Shown: positions 27,661 to 61,136 of the stretch, piece after piece
Layout: every line of letters starts with the position of its first letter
Numbering within the stretch: the first letter of the stretch is position 1
Assembly: GCA_964016885.1 (NCBI GenBank)
Contig: OZ024759.1
Coordinates: 25,296,001-25,360,000 of the forward strand
Direction of reading: 5' to 3'
Length of the DNA: 64,000 nucleotides
Source: Eledone cirrhosa
Lineage: Eukaryota
The notes under the pieces: generated by a model
Told to the model about the DNA's origin: nothing
The model's database searches: none
The model's input: the letters and a program-made list of their open reading frames with translations, nothing else
Position numbers and translations under genes: made by a program

Positions 27661-30600
27661 ACATATACATATATATATATATACATACACATATATATAT
27701 ACATACATACATATACATATATATACATACATACATCTATATATACATACATACATCTATATATATACATACATATATAATACATACATACATACTTACA
27801 TACATACATACATATATATATAGAGAGAGAGAAGTTAAATTCGATGAAACTGCCAAAGAAATCCCCACAATTAAAAAAAAAACTACGTTAAAACCAAAGA
27901 AAGTTTTTTTTTTATTTTTCATTCGTCGTTTCCTTACAAATTGGCCATTATGTTTCGACTGACATCTCTTCAGAGATAACTTCAACTACCAACTTAATGT
28001 GTTCGTTATATATCATTTATTCCATGTAAAACATATAGAAAATGAAGACAAAAATACATCTACAAAACAAACTAAAAAGTATATTTTAAAAAAAATAATA
28101 ATATAGCAAGGAGGAGGAGGAGAAGGCAGGAAAATATAGGGGAAGAGGAAGGTGGGAGAAAGGGGTAAGATTAAAGGGAAGAGAGAGAAGAAAGATGAAA
28201 GAAGTAGTTAGTGTAAAAAGCCTGATAGGAAAGCGATTTAAATTACGCAGATAGAATATGCCTATATATGGAATAGTGAAGAATGGAGGAAAATATATTG
28301 GCGGAGGTGGAGGAAAAAAAAAAAAAAAAAAATTGAAAAGAAAATTTTCAATAATACATATAATAAACAATAAAAAAAAAATCCTTAAACTGATAAGCCT
28401 GTCATAGGGACTAAAAGTTTTAGTGAGAAATCGCATGGATTGAACCAAGACTGATAAAACACCCAAAGGAATTATTGGGTTAACATTCAAATTTAAATGG
28501 TGGAAAAGAAGATAATTCAAATTAGTTAGTGTAGGACTTGTTAGTAAGTTTATAATCGAGTAAATAACTAGATTGATAGATATGTGTGTGTGTGTATGTG
28601 TGTATGTATATATATATGTCTATAGATAGATACATGTGTATGTAGATAGATAGATACATATATAGATAGGTAGATAGATAGAAAAATATGTGTGTATGTA
28701 AATATGTATATGTCTCTCTCTATATATCATCATCGATTAACATCTATCTTTCACGCTAGCATGGGTTAGATGAGCTTGTCCCATTTAGAGGCAAGTTGGG
28801 TCAGGTGACTGTGTTTTGCTCATATAAAAGTGATTCTGGCTGGTTTTCAATGGCTGGATGCCCTTCCTAATGCCAGAGAGAGAGAGAGATATGTGTGTAT
28901 CTATAGATGTGTATGTATATGTATCTATAGATGTCTATGTATGCGTATGTATATCTATAGATGTGTATGTATGTATATGTCTATAGATAGATAGATAATG
29001 TGTGTATGTGTGGCAATAGATTGATAGATAAATAGAAAGATCTGTGTGCCTATAGATAGATAGATATGTGTGTGTCAATAGATAGATAGATAAATAGACA
29101 TATAGATGTGTGTGTGTGTCTATAGATAGATAAACAGATACAAAGATAAATAAATATACTTTCAAATAGTTTGCTAGATTAACATTGTCTACTGAAACAC
29201 TAAGATAATGAAATACAACAACACAAATACATTCATGTTCATTATGAAATTATATCAAAGTTTTGGAAGGGTTTGAAATATGAAAATCTGAGAGTCACAA
29301 ATGCAGAAAAAACTCCAATAATTGTTTCTACTATTGGCACAAGGCCAGCAATTACCCAGTGCATTACTGGTACTTTATTTTATCGACCCCTTAAGGATGA
29401 AAGGCAAAGTTAACCTCAGCGGGATTTGAACTCAGAATGGCAAGGGCCATAACTCTATACGTCAAAGCATGGCGTCAGACCCTCTACCGATACTGCCAAT
29501 CCACCGCCTGCAATAATGGTCGATTATTATAAATAATTATTTATAATTCTTACAGAATGAAAATAAACACAAATAATATATACAATACTTAACAAATATA
29601 TAAAATTAATTGGATGAACAAAAGAAAAAAACGGGGTAGGGGTAAAACAAAAACAAAAATGACAATCAATTCACCACTAAGGGTGACAATCGACAATAGT
29701 TGAGAAAAATTGAGTAAATTACCTTTAGAGACAGGAAAAATGGACAGAGACGCCTACTTTCCAATTAGTAGCCATGTATTATATATATATCTATATATAA
29801 ATGTTTTGTGGTAAAAAAAATGGGAGGTTATATCCATAGTAAGTAGAGCACACAATCCAGAGGACGAGTTTGGTATAGAATTAGTAAATCCGCTCGGTGA
29901 AATGCGCATCCTCGAGTATGGTTTGCTAATTTGTTGTGGAACTAACTAAGTATATATATAGGCAACAAATACAAAATATTTGTGGCATCAGCTGTTGAAA
30001 AGGCAGTACATAGTTTTGACACCTACCCACACAGTAATACAAGTTTATCCTGAATCACAATGTCTGACAAGATATTCAGTCAAACACAGACTGTTCTTGG
30101 CATATTTTACAGGACAAAAACTAAACAAAACCACATGTATGAACATACAGATTATAATTCAAAATATACGATGATTATCTCCCTTGTTTTACCTCTTAAA
30201 TATCTAAGTTCCATCATGACCAACAATTATTCAAAATGGCTGATTAACTAAGTGTGTTTTACTCCTGAAAAAAAAAAAAGGTTCCATTTCTTTCTCTTCA
30301 TACATTCATCTTTCTTTCTATTTCTTCTACCTTCCAAAGAAGTACTAATGTTTGAAACTCTTTTCCTACTGTATCAAGAATTAAACTAATATATATCATT
30401 ATTGTATTGTTCCCCTGGCAGTGGGAATGGCGGTGGATTGGCAGTATCGGTAGAGGGTCAGACGCTATGCTTTCCAGCATAGTTACGTCCCTTTACGATC
30501 TGAGTTCAAATCCCGCCGAGGTTGACTTTGCCTTTCATCCTTATGGGGTCGATAAAATAAAGTACCAGTAATGCACTGGATAATTTCTGGCCTTGTGCCT

Positions 30601-33048
30601 AAAATAGAAACAATTATTGTATTGTTCCCGTCTAGTTTTCCCTTGTTGATTTTTTCACATTCACTATCTATCCATATCATCATTTAATGTCCATTTATTC
30701 ACACTAGCATGGTTTATCATGTTATAGACAATTCAGGTAAAGTGACCGTGTCTTCCTCATATGGATCTGTATTTTGGCCTGGTTTCTACTGCTGGATGCC
30801 CTTCCTAACCCCCTTATAAGGTGGACTGGGTGCTTTTTATCGTGTCACCAACATGACCACATTGCAGGATAGACTAGGTGCTTTTTATCATGTCACCAGC
30901 ACGACCACCTTGCAGGATGGACTGGGTGCTTTTTGGTTGTGTCACCAGCATGACAACCTTACAGGGAGGGCTGCATGCCTTTTCGTATCAATAGCATGAC
31001 CATCTAACAGGATGGACTGGGTACTTCTTTTCTGCCACCAACACAGCCTTACAGGATGGACTGGGTGCTTTTTTGTCATGTTACCAACATGAGTTTTACA
31101 GGATGGCATGGATGCTTTTTTGTTGTTACCAACACGACAGCTTTACAGGATGGACTGGGAGCTTTTTTCGTGTCACCACCTTCCAGGCAGGATGGACTGT
31201 GCTTTTCCGTCGTGTACTACCACCTTACTGGGTGCCTTTTGTCATGTCACCAGCACCACCACCCTACAGGTAGGATGGACTGAATACTTTGTTGTTATAT
31301 ATATATATCGACAGTCAATCGACAAGATCCCAGACTCTGTCAAATCGGACCAAGGAAACAATGTTTACATTGGTCTTTCCAATTGCTAATACTATCTACT
31401 GGTCATAAATCCAGGCAGAAGGAGCAACGTGAAATAAAGTGTCTTGCTCAAGGACATAATGCATCACCCGGTCCGGGAATCGAACTCACAACCTCATGAT
31501 TGCGAATCCAATTCATTGCTTGTAACTTTTATGAAGACTTTGATGATGCCTATGACTGCAAGAGAGAGAGAGGGAGAGAGAGGGGAGGGAAAGAAACAGT
31601 TTTTATAGCAGGGTGGACCGGGTCCTTTTTTTTTTTTTTTGTCACCAACATGACCATATACAGGGTAGACTGGGTGCTTTGTTGTATATATATATATATA
31701 TAAATATATTGATTGATTGGTTGTAACTTTTACGAAGACTTTGATGATGGCTATGACTGCAGGAGAAAGAGATAGAGAGAGAGAAGAGAGGAGGTAAGGG
31801 TGGTGGTGAAACATTAAGTTTTGATAGCAGTTAGTCATTTAACTGTTATAAACATTACATCAAAAGAAGACATGAAACAAATGTAACGGATTTCAAAATA
31901 GAAATACTTGAGTCTTCTCCTTCTTCTTCTGATAATTCCACCATATTATTATTATTTATAAATGAAATCGTTATTATTATTATTATTATCTTAGCTCTCA
32001 GTCAGCCAGCCAGCCTACTCAAAGATATTGATTTCAACCAGTGCTAGCAGCAATCACAGCGTTTCAACTTTTGATTTCTTTCGTGTTCCAGTGGATCAAA
32101 TACCGTTTTACATTTTCGGTGGGATAGGGTGGAAAGCGTGGAGTGGGTGGTGGTGTTGTAAGAAATCAAATTGGCTTAACTGAAGAATTACCATGTCTAA
32201 CAAGAAGATTTAGCAAAGTATTACAGTCTTTCTAGCTACTCACCTAATACACAACATTAGCTGAAGGCGACACCAAACTAATGCAGATATATTGAGACAA
32301 TCCGATGTTCATAGTCAGAAATCTCTCTGTCAAAAGTTAGAAATCTCTACGTTTAAGAACATGACTTTTAGACATTCATTCATTTTGATAGGTTTTAAGC
32401 AATAAGAACCAAACAAAAATATATTGATAACCAAACCTGGAACTGTTTATAAGCAGGATATATATAATATATATATATAGCTTGTGTCAGCTAAATATAT
32501 ATATATAGTTTGTATCAGCTAAATATATATATAGTTTGTATCAGCTATATATATATATATATATATAACTTGTGTCAGCTATATATATATATAGCTTGTA
32601 TCAGCTATATATATATAGCTTGTCAGTGATATGTATGTGTGTGTGTGTGCATGATTGTATGTGTGTGTGTATATATATATATATATGTATGTATTTAGAG
32701 CTGACCAACACTGGCTAAAGATACATCTATTATATTTATTCCATATTATATCTCCGTATAAGGTTAACTCCTATTAGGTAACACTGTATAAGCTGTGAAA
32801 TGTCAGGTGATAAAGATCAATATATCAATGACGGGTTATCAAAATTGATCACTGTGAAAGCAATCCTTTACCTGTTTGTGAATAGCAAAATTAGAGAGTG
32901 GACATGTCTGTTGAATTCCAAGTCAATGGAGGGAGCACTACACTTAGAAAGAAGCAATGTTTCACCTGCTTGTGAATAGCAAATCAGAGAGAAAGAACAG
33001 GATAAAAGGATCAAGAGAGAGGTACTACGCCCCTGTCTGAGCGGTGCC

Positions 33049-33400
33049 TCAGTGGTGTCTCGGGGACAAAACAGCAAACGTGTTACTGCGGAGAATGAGC
33101 AGAGGCATCCATTGCAACAGAGAACCCACTTCATGGGGCTCCCTTCTTAAGTGGGTTGCCGTCTTTCTGATTTTATGGAGGAAATCAGCAGTGTGGGGAC
33201 CAAGGGCACCAGAGGTCTCAACAGAGACCAGCACAAAGAGGAAGCAGTCGGTCAGGTTCTGGTATTCAACTATCATCCTCTTCTTTGTAGTAATGTGGAG
33301 ACCAAGGACACTAGAAGTCTTGTCGGAGACTGGTACAAAGAAAGGGTTGGTCAGGTCCTGGTATTTAATATCTTCCTCTCCTCCACATCACACTAAGAAA
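33049..33400 (-). mobile_element. CRE-clade remnant (RLE C-terminus)
   Basis: KYQDLT...FVPV / EYQNLTDCFLFVLVSVETSGALGP...FLHKI...EPHEVGSLLQ...ILRSN. Confidence 0.75.
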
Positions 33401-34718
33401 GCAATGTGTGTAGCTGCTGTGACTGTGACATGATTGATGTGTGAGTTATTACTGTGACGTGCGTGTGACTGTAACAGCTGTGACGTGTGGGTGTGACTGT
33501 AACAGCTGTGATGTTTGACTGTAACTGCTATGATGTATCTATGGCTAAAACAAACTAGTTAATTAGGGCTCACCTAGGGGCCCAAACAACAATAATAAAT
33601 ATCTACAAAAGGAAGCAAATCTAAGTTGTTGACTCCAATCCCTAACACACTAACTCTCACCTCACCCTGTCTTATAAGAAATGAAACAAACTAAGTATAT
33701 ATTCTCCCTATTAAATTTTGCTAATCTATCTCTGATGAAATTTTATTAAAGTGATTCATATCGATACAGCAGCTGGAGAATCTAATAATAATAATTTTAT
33801 TTCCCATTAAAAAAACATTACAAGAAATCCTATATTTATGAACATACACAATACAATTACCGGTTTCCCAACCCCACTGTTCATAAAAATTTAAACAAAT
33901 GTCCACCCCAACCTCCTATTATTTGGGACCCAAGAGTACACCAAAGACATTACCAATTTGGTTTCTAATTTTAGCCCCTTATGCCAGAGTTTGCCCAAAT
34001 TTTCTATTATTTAAAACCAAAGTTAATACAAGAATTGTGAGCAATTTGTAATGTTATTTATGTATATTAAAAATTTGAAACAATTAAAAATAACTTAGTA
34101 AAATAAGAAACATAAAATGTATGTTTATAATAAAAAAATTTAATTAAAATTAAATTAAAATAAAATATAACACGTCAGGGTGGAGCCAGGAATATCATAT
34201 TGGTTCTTAAAATAACCAATCAGAAGCAATTATGAAACTGATATTTGGAAGTAAAAGTTTATTTTTATGAACAGTGTATAAATTTAACATTAAAATTGGC
34301 AACAAAATTGTAATTTAATATTGTAGAGGTAGTAGGAGCGAAGAAAATTGTGTCATTGGGACAAGGGATAAAGTTTGCGAGAAAAGGAAAGTACATAAAC
34401 AAGAAGGGTAAGCATAAAGTCTTACCCTGATTATAAAATACCCTATCTCGGATACTATTTGAGATTTTACTATTTAATTGGTTTAATTTATAAATTTCAT
34501 GTTTAACCCTTTAGCATTTAAACCGGCCATATCTGGCCAGAATTCGCTCACCTCATTCTTATCAAACCGGCTGTAACTGGTCGCTTATACTAATGTTAAG
34601 GTATTATTCTCAAAATAAATAATTTCAAAATCTCGATACTATGTGAGATAATTATGAGGTAAAGCCTTTACTGTGAAATATAATAGTATGTATAGAGTAA
34701 TGTAAATGTTTTACATAA

Positions 34719-35843
34719 TCTATACATATATATAAAACTGTCGTTGTCTGTGTCCTCATTTTTGCAAAGTCTATACAAATCCACATTTCTACTCCGATTG
34801 ACTTCAAACTTGCATTTATATATTCCTTGCGGTCTAAGGATATTAACTGCAGCTTTTATTTTTCAATTTTCTGTTGTTAAAGGGGTGTTAGGCGCTGGTT
34901 ATCGATCTGTCGTGCCCTCATAATATCTGTCTGTCTGCATTTCGACATTATGACAAACATTTATGACATATTATGTTCGCTATTTTCCATTCATTGCCAG
35001 GGAATGTCTTCACAAACCAAAGTATTGTCTTCCTGTTTTCCTTCGGTTGCAACGTTTTTCGAAATATTTACTTCTGCATTCACAGATTGATTTTTTTAGT
35101 TTCAGAAGATCCCATTAAGGGTGAAAGCAGCGATTCTTTGCTTAAACTTTAATCTGTTATTTTAATATATAATATAAGCGAGGCAAGCCAGCCCACTTGC
35201 CACTTCTTGCCAATAAACATTAACCCTTTGTGTGCCATTCATCTAACTGTAGACCAATAAATACCAACTAAACGGAGCGTTGACAAGAACGATGGTGAAT
35301 GAATCTTCGAGGTAAGCAGTTTCCTTCTGAGCTGTTAGTTCACGCGGGATTGTCTGCTACACCTTTTTGTAATAATACCGAACAACGTACTGCTGGTCAC
35401 TCCTTCCTCCAAAAGCCGTACAAAGTGGACATGTGCATCAGGCCGATGGATCGGGTGCAAATCTACACCATGCCTACTCGAGAAATTCGCAAGGGACTGC
35501 ACCAAGAGGGATAGAGAGAAAGAGTAACTTAGTAGAAAAAGTGCGAATGAACTTTTGAGGTAAGTAGCCTACGCCTTACTGCTATTGCACTGGAACCTTC
35601 TGCCAACTTAACCGGTGACTTTCTCTTTCACATTTACTCCAATAGGACAAAAGAGAGGAGTATGAAATGAAGGGGCTCAACAATATTTCTATAAACAATG
35701 CACGTAGACAGCTAAACTGTACTTTCAACTTTCCTGTTGGTATATTTTTGTGAGTTTTTAACAGGCACTCACAAATAAACGTTTCTCATTGGAGGTGCTA
35801 TTACCAATGTTCTTACCCGTACAACGTCGAGATACACTGCTAG
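34719..35843 (+). mobile_element. Non-autonomous Helitron
   Basis: 5' TCTATACATATATATAAAA and 3' degenerate hairpin cccgtacaacgtcgag + CTAG. Inserted between A and T with no TSD, and the empty site restores the flanking tandem unit. Confidence 0.7.
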
Positions 35844-35959
35844 TAGTATATATAGAGTAATGTAAATGTTTTATATAATAGTATATATAGAGTAATAGAG
35901 TGATGTAAACATTTTACATTTTCTCTTCTACAGGAAGTAGTTGTAATTTTCACCACTAA

Positions 35960-36270
35960 TTTGGAGGCAGAGAACATGTCACATGTGGTGTCCCAAATGA
36001 GGGATCTACCTCCTTCGAATGGGAAGAGGGTAATTTAGTCAGGGTGCTTGCTATCTTTGCAGTCAAGGCTTGCTGGGTCCAGTTGTGATGGGAAGCCAGC
36101 TGCATCCAGGTTCCTTCTCAATATGTTGTTGAGAACAGCATATCAGGCGAAGTGGCCTGCATTCTGGCGGCATGACAGTGGGTGCAGGTCAAACTTGTCA
36201 ACAACTGAAATGCTTTTGCAGGTTTGTCTGTGGGGCTCAACCCCAACACCAACGTGCCCTAGGCCCAGAA
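35960..36270 (-). mobile_element. CRE-clade non-LTR retrotransposon remnant (zinc knuckle + RLE N-part)
   Basis: Minus translation ...VDKFDLHPLSCRQNAGH...LNNILRRNLDAAGFPSQLDPASLDCKDSKHPD*ITLFPFEGGRSLIWDTTC. Confidence 0.75.
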
Positions 36271-36844
36271 CCCATCACCCTCTTCTCTTCTCATTTATGG
36301 CTTTTATAGTGGATTGTTTCTTTCCAGGGACTATGTTGAAAAATAAACCTCATTTGGTCATTCCATGAGAGTATTTTGGTCAGCCTATGAACTTTTCAGC
36401 TGACCTTCCTATATCAAAAATAAAACAACTGTTTAAAAAAAAATCAATATAGATTACAAGAACAAATCAAAGCACCAATATTTTTCTGACCTATCAATAA
36501 ATAATAATTACAAACATCTTTTGAATTCTAGTCCTGACAGATTGTTTGTAATTTTTACATTGAAATCGAAGCTATTATTTTTACTTTCATGTACTACTTT
36601 GGAAATGTCTGAGTGTGTGTGTGTATGTCTGTAAATGTGTATATATGTATGATTCTATGTATGTGTGATCTTGAATCACCTCACTTTGAAGTCATTGTAC
36701 TTGAGGGACATGAACAGACAAAGACCCGCTCCCCCTCTCTGTCTTTCTATCTCTATCTTTCAGTCTCTCAACACTGATGTTTCTGGTGCAGTAGTTAAAT
36801 TCTACCACTGGGAACTGTCAGCACACATGAACCTCAGCAGACAC

Positions 36845-37395
36845 ATAGCAGCACCAGTGACCTCAGTACTTGTACAGTAACACTGACAAATGGCAGCACC
36901 AGTGACCACAGTACTTGTAGAGTAACACTGACAGATAGCAGCACCAGTGACCACAGTACTTGTAGAGTAACACTGACAGATGGCAGCACCGGTGACCACA
37001 GTACTTGTAGAGTAACACTGACAGATGGCAGCACCAGTGACCTCAGTACTTGTACAGTAACACTAGCAGACAGATGGCAGCACCAGTGACCATCAATACT
37101 TGTACAGTAACACTAGCAGACAGATGGCAGCACTAGTGACCTCAGTACTTGTACAGTAACACTAGCAGACAGATGGCAGCACCAGTGACCTCAGTACTTG
37201 TAGAGTAACACTAGCAGACAGATGGCAGCACCAGTGACCATCAATACTTGTACAGTAACACTAGCAGACAGATGGCAGCACCAGTGACCATCCATACTTG
37301 TACAGTAACACTAGCAGACAGATGGCAGCACCAGTAACACTCAGCAGCCAGATGGTAGCACCAGTGACCATCAATACTTATACTGTAACACTAGT
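36845..37395. repeat. Minisatellite, 45-50-bp unit (~11-12 copies)
   Basis: gcagcaccagtgacctcagtacttgtacagtaacactagcagacagatg. Confidence 0.95.
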
Positions 37396-38206
37396 AGACA
37401 CACCAATACAATGAAATACCAAATATACACCAACACAATGACACAGCAAATATATGTATGATGGAGATGTTGGGCTTGTGGTGAGATTGTGGTGATGGTA
37501 GTAGTAGTGGTTATGATGGGGGGCGGGGGTAGTGGCGGTTATGATGCGGGTATTGGTGATGGTGGTGACGATGGTGGTGGTAGTAGTGGTTATGATGGGG
37601 GTGTTGGTGATAGTGGTAGTCTTTATGATGGTGATAGTGATGGTGGTAGTGGTGAGAAATCTCATTGCTAGAACAGCCGTTAAAACAGCTAAATGCTGTC
37701 AAAGACAGCTATGGATAAAAATGCTTCAGAGGACAGAGACCAGTGGCCAGTTGTCAACAGAGAAACAATCCACAAAGTGGGTGACAGGCAGATGAAATAT
37801 AGAACGAAATATATATATATATCATCATCATTTAATGTCCATTTTCCACGCTAGCATGGGTAGGTCAGGATTTGTTACATCATGGTTTACCAACCAGAAC
37901 CACCAGTTCTATCCATGGTAATCAAACTAACTTAACCCTTTAGCATTTACATTACTTTATATATATGATTTTATTTTCATGGTAAAGGCTTTATCTTACA
38001 TAATTATCTCACATAATATCGAATCTACGAGATTTTGATGTTATTTATTTTGAGAACAATACCTTAACATAAGTATGAGCAGCCAGTTGCAGTTGATTGG
38101 AACAGAAAGAAGTGAGAGAATTTTGGCCAGATACAGCCAGTTTAAATGATATACATAAATAAATGTGTGTTTGTGTGTGTGTTTAAAAAATGGAAAGTGG
38201 AATTGG

Positions 38207-38424
38207 AAAATGGAATTAGAAGATTTTGCCATATTTTTTACTAAATAAAATAGTCTAAAAATAACAGGGTGTATAAACCTACTGAACAGAAAAAGACGGG
38301 AGTCAGCGCACATTCAAATGTGCGCTGACGCCCGTCTTTTTCTGTTCAGTAGGTTTATACACCCTGTTATTTTTAGACTATTTTATTTAGTAAAAAATAT
38401 GGCAAAATCTTCTAATTCCATTTT
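38207..38424. repeat. Near-perfect 218-bp palindrome
   Basis: 108-bp arms, 2-nt centre and one visible mismatch. Confidence 0.95.
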
Positions 38425-38513
38425 GAAATATATATATATACATAAATATACCGTCTAACCCATGCTAGCGTGGAAGATAGACGTTAAACGAAGATGATGA
38501 TATATACATACAT

Positions 38514-38566
<53 letters not shown>

Positions 38567-38620
38567 CATATACATACAAACATATATATATACAAACACA
38601 CACACACGCACATACATATA

Positions 38621-39505
38621 CGAGGTGTGTCAGAAAAGTTGCAGGACTGATGTCACAAAAGATTTATTTCAAACCCAAACTTCACACTAAGAGTTTTCTC
38701 CTTCAAAGTAATCCCCCTGTAGTATGTAACTGTAATCTTAGCTTTCTGCAGCGATCAAACTTTTTTCTTCATAATTTTATATACATGTCCTCTGTTTCAG
38801 GTCGTCAAACAATGAGCACAGAGCAACAAACAAACTTGAAGTTTCTGGTATGGTTGGGGAAAACTCCGTCAGAAGCACTGGGATTGCTGCAGCAAGTGTA
38901 TGGAGATGAGACGATGTCACGCTCACATGTTTTTGAGTGGTGCAAGATGGCCCCAGGAGCGGAAGGCCCTCAACAACCAGGACTGAGGTCAACGTTGAGC
39001 GCATCAGGCAGATGGTGCATAGCGATCGTCGGCTGACTGTTCGACTGATGGCAAATGAGCTGGGCATGTGTCGGGACAGCGTCTGGAAGATTCTCACTGA
39101 AGATTTGGACATGCGGAAAGTCTGTGCGAAGATGGTGCCAAAACTGCTGAAAGATGACCAGAAGGGTCGACGCATGCAAGTGTGCCAGGACATCCTCGAG
39201 CGTCTTGAAACCGAACCAGACTTGCTAGGGACAGTCATCACCGGTGATGAGTCATGGATCTTCGAGTACGACCCGGAGGGGACCCGTTTTGAAGACGTGG
39301 ACGACATCAAAAGGCCGTGATGATGGAACTGCGGAGGATCCCGGAAGAATCCTTCCAGGAGTGCATGCAAGCATGGCAGAAAAGGATGGAAAACTGCATT
39401 AGACTCCAGGGGGATTGCTTTGAAGGAGAAAACTCTTAGTGTGAAGTTTGGGTTTGAAATAAATCTTTTGTGACATCAGTCCTGGAACTTTTCTGACACA
39501 CCTCA
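38621..39505 (+). mobile_element. Internally deleted mariner transposon, TA TSD, ~100-bp TIRs
   Basis: TIR cgaggtgtgtcagaaaagtt... / ...aacttttctgacacacctca. Transposase PRSGRPST...KVCAKMVPKLL...ITGDESWIFEYDPE jumps directly to GTRFEDV...GDCFEG. Confidence 0.92.
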
Positions 39506-40608
39506 TATATATATTTGTATATAAAGTTCACCCTGAATGCTGATCCGGTGCCACAACAATATAAGCACAGTCCACTCTGTAAGGTGGTTGGTGTTTGTAA
39601 GGGCATCCAGTCATAGAATTGTAGAAACCAAGTCAAAATACAGCTCCCTATGAGCAAGACATGGGTTACTTAACCTGACTTGTCTCATAACATGGCAACC
39701 TGTTGAAACCATGGTAAAATACAGTTCTATATAGGCAAGATATGGGTCCCCTGACCTGACTCATCTCATAACATGACAACCTGTCGCAAGCATGGTAAAA
39801 TACAGCTCCCTATCAGCAAGACATGGGCTACTTAACCTGATTTGTCTCATAACATGACAATGATGATGATGATAATAATTCTGTCATCAAAACATTTTAA
39901 CTCAGAGACAAGTCTTAACAGCAACAATAACACCAATAGCTCAATTTTTTTTTTTTTTTTTTTCATAGTAAAGTACAAAAATATCTCAATTGCATTAATT
40001 TGATTCAAGTGTAGTCAATATCACAGATTTCATGCTGTTCCAGAACATTTACATACAGATCATTTTTTCTCTGGCACCAAAACATTTTATTTAGTCATTT
40101 AATGCAGAGATTCAGGAGTTTCCTTAATTCCTAAACTGTATACACACAATGATGTGTTATATTTTGTGGCAGATGTATTTTTTTTCCACAAGATTATATA
40201 CATATATATGTATATGTACATATATATGTATATATATATAAATAATTGTTTCTACTTTAGGCACAAGGCCAGCAATTACCCAGTGCATTACTGGTTCTTT
40301 ATTTTATCGACCCCGTAAGGATGAAAGGCAAAGTCAACCTCGGCGGGATTTGAACTCGGATCGTAAAGGGACGTAACTATGCTGGAAAGCATGGCGTCCG
40401 ACTCTCTACCGATACTGCCAATCCACCGCCCTATATATATATAAATAATGTCCTGCCAGTAGCTAGCAGGTGTAGTGGCACAGACACCATAGAGAGAGGG
40501 GGTGGGGAGAGAACGGGACAAAAAGAGATAGATAGATGGTGAAAGAGAGATAGAGAGAGATAGAGAGAGAGAAAGAGAGAGAGGAACAATAAAAGCAGCG
40601 TCCCCAAA

Positions 40609-60782
<20,174 letters not shown>

Positions 60783-60842
60783 AACTGGACTACACTTAAG
60801 TGGACTACCTATAACAATAATCTGTTACCCCGTATATATATA

Positions 60843-61110
60843 TGAGAGTTGGTTGAAAGGTTCATAGGCTGATGCTAGAGCTTGGAAAGAGTGATGCTAT
60901 ATATATATACAAACCCATGCTAGCGTGGAAGATAGACGTTAAACGATGATGATGAGGGTCGGTTGAAAAGTTCATAGGCTGACTATGAAGGAGTGAGGCT
61001 AGAGCTGTGAAATCTTGCCCGCCTTAATTTATAATTGTATTTTCTTCCCACGAACTATGTTGAAAAATAACCTCATTTGGTCATTCCATGAGAGTATCTT
61101 GGTGAGCCTA
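60843..61110 (+). mobile_element. Mariner-derived MITE pieces (related 3' end at 36337-36410)
   Basis: gagggtcggttgaaaagttcataggctga...gcctatgaact..cagccctc, and a GDYVEK*-type end at 36337. Confidence 0.6.
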
Positions 61111-61136
61111 TGAACTTAGCCAGCCCTCATATATAT

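Noticed and set aside
30180-30370. Faint Myb-like words on the minus strand (KRKKW...SGVKH...SAILNN)
   Set aside because: Needs several frameshifts and stops, and is too weak to call a TRF pseudo-exon.
36845-37395. CRISPR-like regular array
   Set aside because: Units are contiguous with no unique spacers, the context is eukaryotic and there are no cas genes. It is a minisatellite.
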